Shown: piece after piece, positions 29,019-38,865 of the stretch
How positions within the stretch are numbered: the stretch's first letter is position 1
How the letters are laid out: every line of letters begins with the position of its first letter
DNA from: Candidatus Poribacteria bacterium
GTDB lineage: Bacteria > Poribacteria > WGA-4E > PCPOR2b
Assembly (NCBI GenBank): GCA_965116925.1
Contig: OZ220744.1
Coordinates: 4,000,001-4,064,000, forward strand
Direction of reading: 5' to 3'
DNA length: 64,000 nucleotides
Position numbers and translations under genes: made by a program
Notes under the pieces: model-generated
Told to the model about the DNA's origin: nothing
The model's input: the letters and a program-made list of their open reading frames with translations, nothing else
Databases searched by the model: none

Positions 29019-29071
29019 CACTTGTGTTATCATAGAAGGCAACAGCCGGGCTTGACAGAAAGGAAAACAAC

Positions 29072-30454
29072 ATGATTGATAAACGGTATCTCCTGAGCGA
29101 TGATGCGATGCGGGACTTCATCATCAACGGATATGTGGTGGTGAAACCAGCACTCCCGCCTGATTTTCACAAATCTGTTTTTCAGCAGACACTAGGGCTA
29201 ATTGAAAAGGGGGAGAATTTGGGGAATAATCTGCTGCTTCCCAAAGTCCCCATGCTTCAGCAGGTGTTCGATGATCCGGCAGTTCACGGTGCACTCATCA
29301 GTATTCTTGGGCAAAACTATGTCATGAACCAACACCGTGCCTGCCATTACCATCCACCGGGCAGCAAGGCGCAGGACTGGCATAAGGACTATCCGTTGGG
29401 TGGGAACGTACGATATCACCGGACACGCTTGGCAATGGCTTTTTATTATCCGCAGGATGTCACTGAAGATATGGGACCCACAGCGATTCAGCCGGCCACG
29501 CAATACTATATGACCCCATCGGAGGAGGCTGGGTTGTCTCTTTGCGGTGAGGCGGGCACGGTGACAATCGTGCATTATGAACTTTGGCATCGGGCAACAG
29601 AGAATCTAAGCGATAAGGTGCGGTTCATGCTGAAGTTTCTTTTTTGTCGTACAGAGGAGCCGCAACACCCCTCGTGGAATGCGGAAAATCCAAACTGGAC
29701 ACCTAATCAGACCGCTCCCGTCGAACATCAAGGGATATGGGAGCACCTTTGGAAATGGCATCACGGGGAGCAGAACGGAGAAATGAATCCGACGACAGCA
29801 TCAACCCCCAAAGACCTTTCAAAATTGATGGGGATCTTGCAGACTGGGCTGAACGATGAAAATGAGGCGACGCGCCTCAATGCGGCGTATGCGTTGGGAA
29901 GCATTGGCAAACCTGCGATACCGACATTGATAGAAGCACTACGTCAAGAGTCGAAAGTGACTTGGAATCGAAACTTAGACCGCGGGGATTTCACCAATCC
30001 GAGCCAACTCGATTCTATCTATGGACTGGCGGCTGCAGGTGAGTCTACCGTGCCTGCACTGACTGAAGTGTTGAGTGACACGGACTGGTGGACGCGTGCA
30101 GGTGCTGCTGCTGCGTTGGGGTGTATGGGTGAACCTGCACACGGTGCCGTGCCCGCATTAATCGAGGCTTTGCAGGATGATTCTGAGTGGGTTCGTCGGA
30201 ATGCGGCGGATACACTGGGGAATATCGGTCCGTTGGCTCGGTCAGCGGTGCCTGCGCTGATAGAGGCATTGAATGATGACAGAACGGTATCGCGTTGGTC
30301 TCTCTCGGATTCGCCGTTGCGGGAAAATGCTATGATTGCATTAACAAAAATGGGGCAACTTCCTCACCTTACTCCTGTGATGGAAGAAGCGTTGCAAGAT
30401 GAGAATCAGTACATTCGCTCATGGGCTGCGATCGCCTTAGAGCGAGGTTGCTAA
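29072..30454 (+). CDS. PhyH-family dioxygenase fused to HEAT/PBS-lyase repeats
   Basis: FIINGYVV, WHKD, ELWHRA; C-terminal repeats AVPALIEALQDDSEWVRRNAADTLG. Confidence 0.88.
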   Translation: MIDKRYLLSDDAMRDFIINGYVVVKPALPPDFHKSVFQQTLGLIEKGENLGNNLLLPKVPMLQQVFDDPAVHGALISILGQNYVMNQHRACHYHPPGSKAQDWHKDYPLGGNVRYHRTRLAMAFYYPQDVTEDMGPTAIQPATQYYMTPSEEAGLSLCGEAGTVTIVHYELWHRATENLSDKVRFMLKFLFCRTEEPQHPSWNAENPNWTPNQTAPVEHQGIWEHLWKWHHGEQNGEMNPTTASTPKDLSKLMGILQTGLNDENEATRLNAAYALGSIGKPAIPTLIEALRQESKVTWNRNLDRGDFTNPSQLDSIYGLAAAGESTVPALTEVLSDTDWWTRAGAAAALGCMGEPAHGAVPALIEALQDDSEWVRRNAADTLGNIGPLARSAVPALIEALNDDRTVSRWSLSDSPLRENAMIALTKMGQLPHLTPVMEEALQDENQYIRSWAAIALERGC

Positions 30455-32157
30455 CTGGACTGACGGCGTTCAACAATGACTTGGTTCATATTTTGGAGTA
30501 GATCCAGGAGACTGGTGAGGTTATCGTCGAACTGAATTTCTAACGGCGAGACTGTGTATTCAAAACAGGGTGCCAGCAGAATCACCGCAAAATCTTCCTG
30601 CAGCAGGGACAGCACCCGTCTCCCAATCCGTCTTCTTGCTGCCATGTTCGTTGTTTGATCAAGTTGAGCGAGCAGCGCATCAACTTGGGGATTGGTGTAC
30701 CCAAAAAAGTTGTACCTCCCATCGGAATGGAAAAATCGCGACAGGCGATTGTACTCCAAACCCAAAAAAAGTTGAGTTAAAAAAGCATCCGCCTCCTCCC
30801 GCATCTCTCCTTTGACAGGGGTAGGATTCACCACAGTGGATCCCGTTGATTGTCCGATGAGATGCGCCAAGTGATGTAATGTTCCTCCCGCAGGGTACTC
30901 CACCCTCGAACAAGCTATCCGAATATCAAGGGGCTGAGAAGACTGTACAATTTCCGGTTCCTCAGCACCTTCGCCTACGCTCAGATAAAAGTTGATCCCC
31001 CGATAATCGATGGATTGTTTCAGCAAATTACAGTTCCGTTTATCCGCAAAGGGCCCACGGTGCCGGTTGAGAAGTAGGGCGTAATAGTTATCCTGAAAAA
31101 AGGGCCACTGTTGACAAGGTGCTGTCGTTGGAAATTGATAGAGCGGCTGTAGTGCATAGATATAGAAATAGAGTAGATCAATTGTCCCATCCTCGATTGC
31201 CTTAATGGCGTTGGCGGGTCGTGTAAAACGTTTCACGGTCAACCAATCGATACAGGTATCCTCGCCACGATAATAATCCGGATTGTGCTCGAAGTAAAGG
31301 GTCATGATATCTGGACGGAAACGCTTTAATTGATAGGCACCAGAAGTCACACAGTAGGGTTGGGCTGAGTGGGAAGGGAGTGGGCAGATATAGCGCAGCC
31401 AAAAGGGAAAGAGCGCCTCTGCTTGAGAAAGTTGAATGCGGAGTTGTGTCTTGCCGTCAGGTTTAATCTCTGTGATAATCGGCGCGATGCGACTCGCAGA
31501 AAATGCTTCAATGACCTCTTCAAAAGTAATCGGCTTTCCATCGCTCCAACGGAGGTCCTCTCTCAAGGTCAGACGCCACTCCGAATGTCCGTTTACCGCT
31601 TCACAACTGATTGCAAGCCGTTCTTCGATCTCCCCGTTTTGGTAGGACATCAGGAGGGGATCATAGCATAGGAACTGAAGCCAAGAAAACAGCATCGGAT
31701 CCGGTTGGTCTAAAGACCCCATCTCAATATCCGTCAATTCTCCGATTTCGAGCCAGCTCAGAGGTGTCCACTCGTCGGGGTGTTTGATACGAAGGCTTCC
31801 GGTATAAGAGATGCCGATCTGCTTTTGAAAGTGTTGTGCAATTTCCTGCTGATCCGGTGCCCATTGATTCAGCAGTGACAGCAGAAATTGAATCTGCCCC
31901 GGTTGTAAGGCGGACTCCGCTAACTGATGTTTGAGAAGGTTCACCTCTTTTTTGCAGCGTCTGACATGTCGCGACGAGATTCCGATCCCTTCGGCAATCT
32001 CCGCATCGCCGGCGTGCGGATGCTGTTGTTGATAGGCAATGAGTTTGAGAAGTGTGTCGACTTTGGGCATTTGTGCACCTGCCAATTCAGCCCCAACCTT
32101 GGAAGTTCCCACAGATAAGGCATCCCCTCCGATGCTAGTGACTGAATTTTTAGACAT
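30451..32157 (-). CDS. HTH plus family-5 solute-binding domain protein (SgrR-like architecture), probable cytoplasmic regulator
   Basis: DAEIAEGIGISSRHVRRCK HTH; LREDLRWSDGKPIT, SGAYQL, NPDYY, NFFGYTNPQVDALL; no signal peptide or lipobox. Confidence 0.75.
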   Translation of the reverse strand: MSKNSVTSIGGDALSVGTSKVGAELAGAQMPKVDTLLKLIAYQQQHPHAGDAEIAEGIGISSRHVRRCKKEVNLLKHQLAESALQPGQIQFLLSLLNQWAPDQQEIAQHFQKQIGISYTGSLRIKHPDEWTPLSWLEIGELTDIEMGSLDQPDPMLFSWLQFLCYDPLLMSYQNGEIEERLAISCEAVNGHSEWRLTLREDLRWSDGKPITFEEVIEAFSASRIAPIITEIKPDGKTQLRIQLSQAEALFPFWLRYICPLPSHSAQPYCVTSGAYQLKRFRPDIMTLYFEHNPDYYRGEDTCIDWLTVKRFTRPANAIKAIEDGTIDLLYFYIYALQPLYQFPTTAPCQQWPFFQDNYYALLLNRHRGPFADKRNCNLLKQSIDYRGINFYLSVGEGAEEPEIVQSSQPLDIRIACSRVEYPAGGTLHHLAHLIGQSTGSTVVNPTPVKGEMREEADAFLTQLFLGLEYNRLSRFFHSDGRYNFFGYTNPQVDALLAQLDQTTNMAARRRIGRRVLSLLQEDFAVILLAPCFEYTVSPLEIQFDDNLTSLLDLLQNMNQVIVERRQSS

Positions 32158-32289
32158 TTTTGGTTTTTGTCAACGGTGATCTGTATTAGGAACAGCGTTT
32201 CGACAACTCTCCACGTCAAGAGGCATCGGCTTTCACTGACTCAAAACGATTTATAGTATAAGCCTCCTTGCCTTCAATTTGCAATTAGT

Positions 32290-32328
32290 TTTTTGAAGTA
32301 TGGACGTAATGCGTCCATACTTCAAAAA
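32290..32328. promoter_or_regulatory. Perfect 17-bp inverted repeat in a divergent intergenic region (candidate operator)
   Basis: TTTTTGAAGTATGGACG-TAATG-CGTCCATACTTCAAAAA. Confidence 0.55.
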
Positions 32329-32450
32329 GTGACTGGAATTTCTGTGTGATTGGTTGGTATTCTTATCATCATAATGGGAATAGATAGGTTTTTGAACTGA
32401 TATCACGGTTCACGCTCGTTTAGCTTTAAAGGTATAGATAAAGGAGGGAG

Positions 32451-33500
32451 ATGATGAAACTTGCATGGGTCAAACGGAAGATCCAAGCCCGCTATCTTCA
32501 CGGAGGGCTTTTTGCTCTTGCTGTGAATCTTCTCTTGACATCAATCAGTCTGGCACAACTCGCTAACACAAGGATTGCCTTCATGTCCACCCGTAACGTG
32601 GATTGGGATGCCGAAATTTATCTAATGACTCCTGACGGGGAACAAATCCGCCGACTCACTGAACAACCGAAATCTGATGGCGAGCCTGCTTGGTCTCCTG
32701 ACGGGAAGCGGATTACTTTTGTGTCATATCGGGATCTGAAACGAATTCCTGAACGTGGGGTTATCCGCGGTGAAATTTATGTGATGAACGCTGACGGCAC
32801 CAATCCCATCAACCTGACTCGGTCGGTAGAAAAAGCGGAGGGCGTTTCCACCTGGTCCCCGGACGGAAAACGGATTGCCTTTACATCAGCTGAACTATTT
32901 GATGGGCATACCCTCGTCAACTCGGATATTTTCGTGATGGATGTCGATGGAGGAAATCCCATTAACATCACCAACCATGATGCCTTAGATCAGACCCCGG
33001 ATTGGTCGCCAAACGGAAATTGGATTGCATTCTCCTCTCTCCGTGACGGTAATTGGGAAATCTACGTGATGGACGCTGATGGTGCTAACCCGATTAACAT
33101 CACCAATCACCCAGCGAAAGATGGTAGACCGGATTGGTCTCCGGACGGGAAGCAGATTGCATTTACTTCTGACCGCGATGGCAACTTAGAAATCTATGTG
33201 ATGAAGGCTGATGGAACTAACCCGATTAACCTTACCAACAACCCAGCAGAAGACAATCATTCCTCTTGGTCACCGGACGGAACGCGGCTGGCTTTCGACT
33301 CTAACCGGGACGATCCATTCGGGGACATCTATGTGATGAACGCTGATGGGACGAATCCCAGTAATCTCACCCAAGATCCTGATAATTTTGACCTTTATCC
33401 CTCATGGGGACCTGACCCTATCTTAAGTGTTGCTTCAAACGAGAAATTGGCGACCTTATGGGGCAAGGTCAAGCGCGGCAATACTTATGGAGTACGGTAA
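32451..33500 (+). CDS. Secreted TolB-like PD40 beta-propeller with a TxWGxxK tail
   Basis: Signal peptide; repeats P.WSPDG..IAF.S.RDGN.EIYVM.ADG.NP.NLT; ends EKLATLWGKVKR. Confidence 0.9.
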   Translation: MMKLAWVKRKIQARYLHGGLFALAVNLLLTSISLAQLANTRIAFMSTRNVDWDAEIYLMTPDGEQIRRLTEQPKSDGEPAWSPDGKRITFVSYRDLKRIPERGVIRGEIYVMNADGTNPINLTRSVEKAEGVSTWSPDGKRIAFTSAELFDGHTLVNSDIFVMDVDGGNPINITNHDALDQTPDWSPNGNWIAFSSLRDGNWEIYVMDADGANPINITNHPAKDGRPDWSPDGKQIAFTSDRDGNLEIYVMKADGTNPINLTNNPAEDNHSSWSPDGTRLAFDSNRDDPFGDIYVMNADGTNPSNLTQDPDNFDLYPSWGPDPILSVASNEKLATLWGKVKRGNTYGVR

Positions 33501-33541
33501 AATTTGTGAGCTACTTTGCAGATAGATAAAGAAGGAAAACA

Positions 33542-34594
33542 ATGAAACTTATATTGCCGAAACTGTGGCGGTGGATATGCTGCCTTCATATTGGGCTTTT
33601 GGCTCTCGTTGCGTGCCTTCTCTTGGCATCGACAAGTCTCGCACAAACCGCTGACACAAGCATTGTCTTTATCTCCCTCCGCAGTGATGGGAGGAACAGT
33701 GAAATTTACCGGATGAATCCTGATGGGAAACGACTCCGCCGACTCACTGAACAGCCTGGATATGACGGTGCACCTGCCTGGTCGCCTGATGGACAAAAGA
33801 TTGCCTTTATGTCATTTCGGGATGAGCACCGACTTCAGGAACGAGCACCGATCTACGGTGAGATTTATGTGATGAACCCCGATGGCACCAACCCCGTCAA
33901 TTTGACTCAGTCGGTAGAAAGACCGGATTTTGGGTCTTCTTGGTCACCGGACGGAAAGCAGATCGTCTTCACATCAGCCGAGCACTTCAACTGGGGTCCT
34001 GGACTCCGCAAGGATATTTGGGTGATGGATGCTGATGGAGGAAATCCACGGGACCTAACAAATCATGACGCCGAGGACCGGAACCCTGATTGGTCCCCGG
34101 ATGGAATGCAGATTGCATTCGAGTCTAACCGCAATAGAGACTGGGAGTTCGAGATCGAGGTGAGGAACTGGGAAGTTTTTGTGATGAACGCTGACGGAGC
34201 TAACCCCATTAACCTGACCAATAACCTCGCATGGGATAGCAGCCCCGATTGGTCGCCAGACGGGGATCGGATTGCATTTACTTCTAACCGTGACGGGAAC
34301 TCGGAAGTTTACGTGATGAATGCCGATGGCACTAACCCTATCAACCTGACCAATCACCCGGCCACAGATGGTAGCCCCGATTGGTCGCCGGCCGGGAATC
34401 AGATTGCATTCCAATCGGACCGTGATGGCAATTGGGAAATCTATGTGATGGATGCTGACGGTGCAAATCCCATTAACCTGACCAACCATCCCGCATGGGA
34501 CAGCAGTCCCTCATGGGGATCTGTTCGTTCCTTAAACGTCTCTTCAAACGGGAGATTGGTGACCTTATGGGGAAGAATTAAACGCACCCGATAA
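33542..34594 (+). CDS. Secreted TolB-like PD40 beta-propeller, tandem paralog, with a TxWGxxK tail
   Basis: Same repeats; ends GRLVTLWGRIKRTR. Confidence 0.9.
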   Translation: MKLILPKLWRWICCLHIGLLALVACLLLASTSLAQTADTSIVFISLRSDGRNSEIYRMNPDGKRLRRLTEQPGYDGAPAWSPDGQKIAFMSFRDEHRLQERAPIYGEIYVMNPDGTNPVNLTQSVERPDFGSSWSPDGKQIVFTSAEHFNWGPGLRKDIWVMDADGGNPRDLTNHDAEDRNPDWSPDGMQIAFESNRNRDWEFEIEVRNWEVFVMNADGANPINLTNNLAWDSSPDWSPDGDRIAFTSNRDGNSEVYVMNADGTNPINLTNHPATDGSPDWSPAGNQIAFQSDRDGNWEIYVMDADGANPINLTNHPAWDSSPSWGSVRSLNVSSNGRLVTLWGRIKRTR

Positions 34595-34628
34595 AACAAT
34601 CTTGAGGACGATGTGAGGGGGCAGTGAT

Positions 34629-36359
34629 CTATCGAATGATATGCACCCGATTTCCGCCTCGGACTGTCTCATCAGGCATCGCAATCGGTGTTTCGATGAG
34701 GGCGATGAACTGTCCGTTTGCGCTGATGGCAATCGTATCGTAGGGGAGCTGCCCCTCCGTGCGATAGGTGTAGAGATACTTAGAGAGGCCACCTCCCGCC
34801 GCGGTGAGATCAAAGACAGAGATACCGTGAAGCTGCTCCTCAACGTTTTGTCCCCGCTTGGATACGCTGATAACGGCATATCGTCCTGTCCCATCAACCT
34901 GCAATCCTTGCGGCATATTTTCCAACGTCCACTGCCACACTTTCTCCCCTGACCACCTATGAGCGAACAGGGTCATCCCATTCGGGTGGGCTGAAGGGGG
35001 ACGTTGCGCGCCTTTCTGCAAATGGTACGGGATAAAGGTGGTGCCGGTCACAAAGAGTGCGAAATCGTTGGTGGCGGCGATTGTTCCGTTGGTGGCGATG
35101 ATAGGGATGCCACTGACTTCGAGCGGTGTCGTGAGGTTCGTATTCCACAGCGGCTTGATTCCCTCCGGTGTCGATGCCGCATTAAAGATAAATGCTCGTC
35201 CGTCATCTGTCGTGACATTGATGAACTTTCCATCGGGTGAGACACTGACCCCGCGCCAGAAGGTCACCTCCTCAAAGTATGGTTTAAGTGGATCAAAGGT
35301 ATACTCCCACGCTGTTTCGCTTGTCTCACCGTCAATGACGTATAACGTGCCGGACTTGAAATCCCCGGTATTCTCACCACCTCTAATATAGCCGAGCAAT
35401 GCGACTGTTTTCGCATCACGGCCATAATCGAACCAACTGATGGTCATCGGAAGGGTCTGGTCGGGGGGCCATTTCCATTTGAGCATTCCTGTTTTTCCAT
35501 CGAAACGGTAGAGTTGCGCTTTTTTTAGACCCACACCCTCCTTTGTCCACGCGTGATTTCCGACCACCAGCAGATCGCCTCCCTCCGTAGTCGAGATTCG
35601 ATAAGGTCCCGGGTATTGTACCCATGCGTACACATCGTCCGGATTCTGTGGGGTTGAGGTGTCGATATCATCCGCCATGCGGTATTTCCATAACAGCGTT
35701 GGCTTTGTCGTCGATAGATCGTAAGCGTAGATGAACCCGTCAGGGGATTGCTCGCCGATGTAGAAATGTTTACCATCTAGACTGAAGGCTGCGTGTTTGG
35801 CGTAACCTTCGGAGATTCGTGTTTTCCAGATTCGATCCCCTGTGAGCGGGTTGATGATTGCCACATGCCCAGCGTTTGTCCCAATCGCGAGTTGTTCACC
35901 ATTGGGGGAAAAAGCGATTGTCGTCGGTGTCGCTGGACGTTGCAGGTTCGCCAGTAGCGACAGCGGTTCCTCCAGTTCGACGGTACGGATACGATAAGGG
36001 AGCGGTTTGAGCGGTGCAGTAGTGTCTGTCTCCAATAGACTGCCGTCAGTCGATCGGAGTGCGATGTGGTAGGGTGTTTGAGGTTTCCAATCGTAAGTTG
36101 CAAGGGCGCGTTGGTCGTCGATCCAAGCAGGGAAGAGTTCTTCTGGGGGTTTAGCTGCTTCACGTATAGTTAAGCTTGGTAACGGATGCGGTGGATCGGG
36201 TTGATTGGCATCCTTGAGGTGTTCTTCTAGTTCAATAATAATACCACCCCGTACAAAAATAACATTACCCTTGAGGGGCTTTGCCACAGTGTATGTTGGA
36301 ACAAAAACATAAATCAGTAGACCGAGCAATATGCTCAATCGTAGGTTTTGATTCTTCAT
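34629..36359 (-). CDS. Exported PQQ/WD40-like beta-propeller protein (third gene downstream of the B12 riboswitch)
   Basis: Signal peptide; IAFSPNG, AFSLDG, VSVSPDG, ISANG blades, and W-K/W-x-Y closure motifs. Confidence 0.75.
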   Translation of the reverse strand: MKNQNLRLSILLGLLIYVFVPTYTVAKPLKGNVIFVRGGIIIELEEHLKDANQPDPPHPLPSLTIREAAKPPEELFPAWIDDQRALATYDWKPQTPYHIALRSTDGSLLETDTTAPLKPLPYRIRTVELEEPLSLLANLQRPATPTTIAFSPNGEQLAIGTNAGHVAIINPLTGDRIWKTRISEGYAKHAAFSLDGKHFYIGEQSPDGFIYAYDLSTTKPTLLWKYRMADDIDTSTPQNPDDVYAWVQYPGPYRISTTEGGDLLVVGNHAWTKEGVGLKKAQLYRFDGKTGMLKWKWPPDQTLPMTISWFDYGRDAKTVALLGYIRGGENTGDFKSGTLYVIDGETSETAWEYTFDPLKPYFEEVTFWRGVSVSPDGKFINVTTDDGRAFIFNAASTPEGIKPLWNTNLTTPLEVSGIPIIATNGTIAATNDFALFVTGTTFIPYHLQKGAQRPPSAHPNGMTLFAHRWSGEKVWQWTLENMPQGLQVDGTGRYAVISVSKRGQNVEEQLHGISVFDLTAAGGGLSKYLYTYRTEGQLPYDTIAISANGQFIALIETPIAMPDETVRGGNRVHIIR

Positions 36360-36533
36360 AAAAGACCTCCATTAAGGTTGATTAGAATTTTCCAGATTGC
36401 ATAAGAGAAGCAAGTTTCGCAAGAAAAATAGATAGGATTTATGTAGTTGAATGTTGAGATTTTGTAGTTCAACGCTTTAGTGCCACGGCGGGGCAAGATG
36501 CCCCGCCTACGATGGGTATAGATTCTGTCTATG

Positions 36534-36597
36534 ACCCAATACGCCCGATAAATCGGGCAACTACAACCCAATACGCTCGATAAATCGGGCAACTACA
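36534..36597. repeat. Two tandem 32-bp units, each containing a GTAG-type REP hairpin
   Basis: ACCCAATACGCYCGATAAATCGGGCAACTACA x2; minus strand reads GTAG-TTGCCCGATTTATCGGGCG. Confidence 0.7.
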
Positions 36598-36646
36598 ATA
36601 TGAGGTCCGTAAATCCTGATAGAAACATCAACAGGGAATCTTGATA

Positions 36647-38644
36647 TTATTCCGCGACCCGCCACAACCCTGAACCCAGCCGCTTTCCGAGAAGGACACC
36701 GATAAACGTATAGGTAAAACCGTCGACCAAGATCCGTGTCAGGATATACCAATCTGCGTAGAAGAGGCGGTAGAGTGTCATGCTCAGTTGGAAGTCAATG
36801 TAGACAGTGAGCGCATCGCATAAACCGAAGATTAACGCCAAGATCAGCAGGTTCGCTCCTCCAATTACGCCGGAATCCAGAGTAATCTTTCGCGCTATCT
36901 GGAAACCGACTTCAAGCAGCAGTACAGCGGTGACAGCATGAAGCAGTATGGTAGGCGTGAGTAGCCCCAGCGTGACGCCTCCCAATAGAAGTCGAACGGC
37001 GGTAACGAGCGTAATCACCCCAAATTTGGGGATGAGTATCAGCAACGATGTCAACAAAGCGTAGTATAGCATCTCGTTGATGAGACCTGTAACCAGAGAT
37101 GAAATGGGACCGAGTAGCGCGGAAATCAGGTTAGTCAGCAGGGTTGATGGAACGTTGACGGCAATAAATATCGTTGTGCCAAATAGCGAGATGAGGATCA
37201 GCTGCTTGGTTGAAAACCGGGTGAATAGTTGTGAGTGAAAACAGAGTAGCAATCCAATCCCTAGTCCTGTCATTACGGTTACAAGGCTGGTAACAAGCAG
37301 TGCGTGGAGATTGGGTGTCACAATCAGCAGCGGTCGCGTGGTGCGGAGCGCGGTTGCGTCGCTTCCCCAAATTTTCACCTCGATTGCACGCTCATATTGC
37401 CCTTCCCCAATGAAATCTTGATGCTGTTGGGACAGTGGATTGAGATAAATTGGCAGAGGAACGGGGGTGACGCTTTCTCCCGCCAAACTGACAAACGCGA
37501 GGCTGCGATTCGTGCCGGCGTTGACCGCGTCTGGAGGAGATAGGAAAGGGACCGGTTCTCCGTCCTGTGTATCACGGTTCATTGATGCGACAATCGCGTG
37601 AACCGTCTCGCGTCCTTGATTGTGGATGTGAACCGTTTGATAAGCGACGGGCTCAAATTCATCCGTCGGGCTAGCTTTTGCGCCGAACCATTTGCCGAGT
37701 CCCCCCAAGAGTGGACGTGGATAGGAAATCGTGTCCGGTCGTTGGCGAGGATCAGAAAGACCGCCGGGACCTGTCGGCATGGTAATATTTTCAATCTGAA
37801 GTTGCCCTGCAATCTCATCGAGGGAAGCAGAACGCAGTGGTGTCGTTGCACTCCGTTCCCACCGATCCCCTGACGCATTTTCAAAAAACAGGTGGCCGTG
37901 GATCTGTGCGTTCTTAGGGAGCGGTTCATCTGGGATTTTTAAGGTCAATTGGCTGTACCAGACCTCTGATTCAACTGTGAATTTTCCTGATGAACGGTAG
38001 GATAGGACATCCTCTCCGATTGAGCTGGGATTCAGAGCAGCCTCCTTCACCTCGCTATCCCACACTGGGTTATGTGGTAACACTTGAAATGATGCTGGAA
38101 CCTGAAGCACGACATTAAAGGAGACGGGTGCCTCCAAGCCATTTCGGACTAGCACGGTTGCGGTCATCTCGACACCTTGTAAGACCAGTGCTGCCTTCTG
38201 AGCCGATGCTGCCGTTGATACCCCTAAGTTTGTCTCAACGGTCTTGTTCGCCTCGATTGTGCCGTAAGGGATAGCAATTTCAATCGTCCCGCGCGGATCG
38301 GTTTGGGGTGCCTGCACCGTTTGAGAGGCAGATTCACCGTTCTGATATATCACTTCAAACTGATACGTTTGCCCCTTTTCCCAGCGAAAATAGAGGGATT
38401 CGGTGCTGCGTGCATATCCTCCGAGATCGAGCTGAGCGACTAACCTGCCTTCCGGATCGAGGGCGGTGACTTTTTGGACGCTCTCCCGAATCGCCGCGTC
38501 AAATTCGACTTTTGCACCGAGCGGAAAAAAGGTGACAGTCCATGATATCGGAACTTGTTCACCGCTTTTCGGTGCACAAGCGAGATAACCGAGACAGAGG
38601 AGCAAGGATAGCAGACGTGAAATATAACAGATATGGGGATTCAA
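36647..38644 (-). CDS. Membrane protein: signal peptide (possible lipobox), large extracytoplasmic region, C-terminal ECF S-component-like TM module
   Basis: LLSLLLCLGYLAC N-terminus; about 7 C-terminal TM helices with RFSTKQLILISLFG and LIPKFGVITL, as in MptD/YkoE-type S components. Confidence 0.65.
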   Translation of the reverse strand: MNPHICYISRLLSLLLCLGYLACAPKSGEQVPISWTVTFFPLGAKVEFDAAIRESVQKVTALDPEGRLVAQLDLGGYARSTESLYFRWEKGQTYQFEVIYQNGESASQTVQAPQTDPRGTIEIAIPYGTIEANKTVETNLGVSTAASAQKAALVLQGVEMTATVLVRNGLEAPVSFNVVLQVPASFQVLPHNPVWDSEVKEAALNPSSIGEDVLSYRSSGKFTVESEVWYSQLTLKIPDEPLPKNAQIHGHLFFENASGDRWERSATTPLRSASLDEIAGQLQIENITMPTGPGGLSDPRQRPDTISYPRPLLGGLGKWFGAKASPTDEFEPVAYQTVHIHNQGRETVHAIVASMNRDTQDGEPVPFLSPPDAVNAGTNRSLAFVSLAGESVTPVPLPIYLNPLSQQHQDFIGEGQYERAIEVKIWGSDATALRTTRPLLIVTPNLHALLVTSLVTVMTGLGIGLLLCFHSQLFTRFSTKQLILISLFGTTIFIAVNVPSTLLTNLISALLGPISSLVTGLINEMLYYALLTSLLILIPKFGVITLVTAVRLLLGGVTLGLLTPTILLHAVTAVLLLEVGFQIARKITLDSGVIGGANLLILALIFGLCDALTVYIDFQLSMTLYRLFYADWYILTRILVDGFTYTFIGVLLGKRLGSGLWRVAE

Positions 38645-38694
38645 GGATTTTAGAATGGTAACTTGACGGATAATTAGATTGGATTAAAGGTTTT

Positions 38695-38785
38695 GGCTGA
38701 TATTAAAAGAAAGTGCAAAGCACGAAGAGAAACCGAGTTTTGAAGAAAAAACTCGGTTTCTTTGCACTAAATCTTAACATGAACG
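38695..38785. mobile_element. MITE family C copy (inverted, degenerate)
   Basis: GGCTGATATTAAAAGAAAGTGCAAAGCACG...AGAAACCGAGTTTT-GAAG-AAAAACTCGGTTTCT...CTTAACATGAACG; flanks AAGGTTTT / AAGTTGTT. Confidence 0.7.
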
Positions 38786-38818
38786 AAGTTGTTTTAGTGA
38801 TACGGTAAGTAAACTTTT

Positions 38819-38846
38819 GTAGGGAACGTAGATCTACGTTCCCTAC
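38819..38846. repeat. Perfect 28-bp GTAG-bounded palindrome (REP-like)
   Basis: GTAGGGAACGTAGATCTACGTTCCCTAC; relatives near 23463 and at 49263..49285. Confidence 0.7.
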
Positions 38847-38865
38847 ACCCTTTTTTATGTCTTGA

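Noticed and set aside
36534..36597. 32-bp palindromic direct repeat as a CRISPR array
   Set aside because: Only two abutting units, no spacer and no cas genes; it fits a duplicated REP hairpin.
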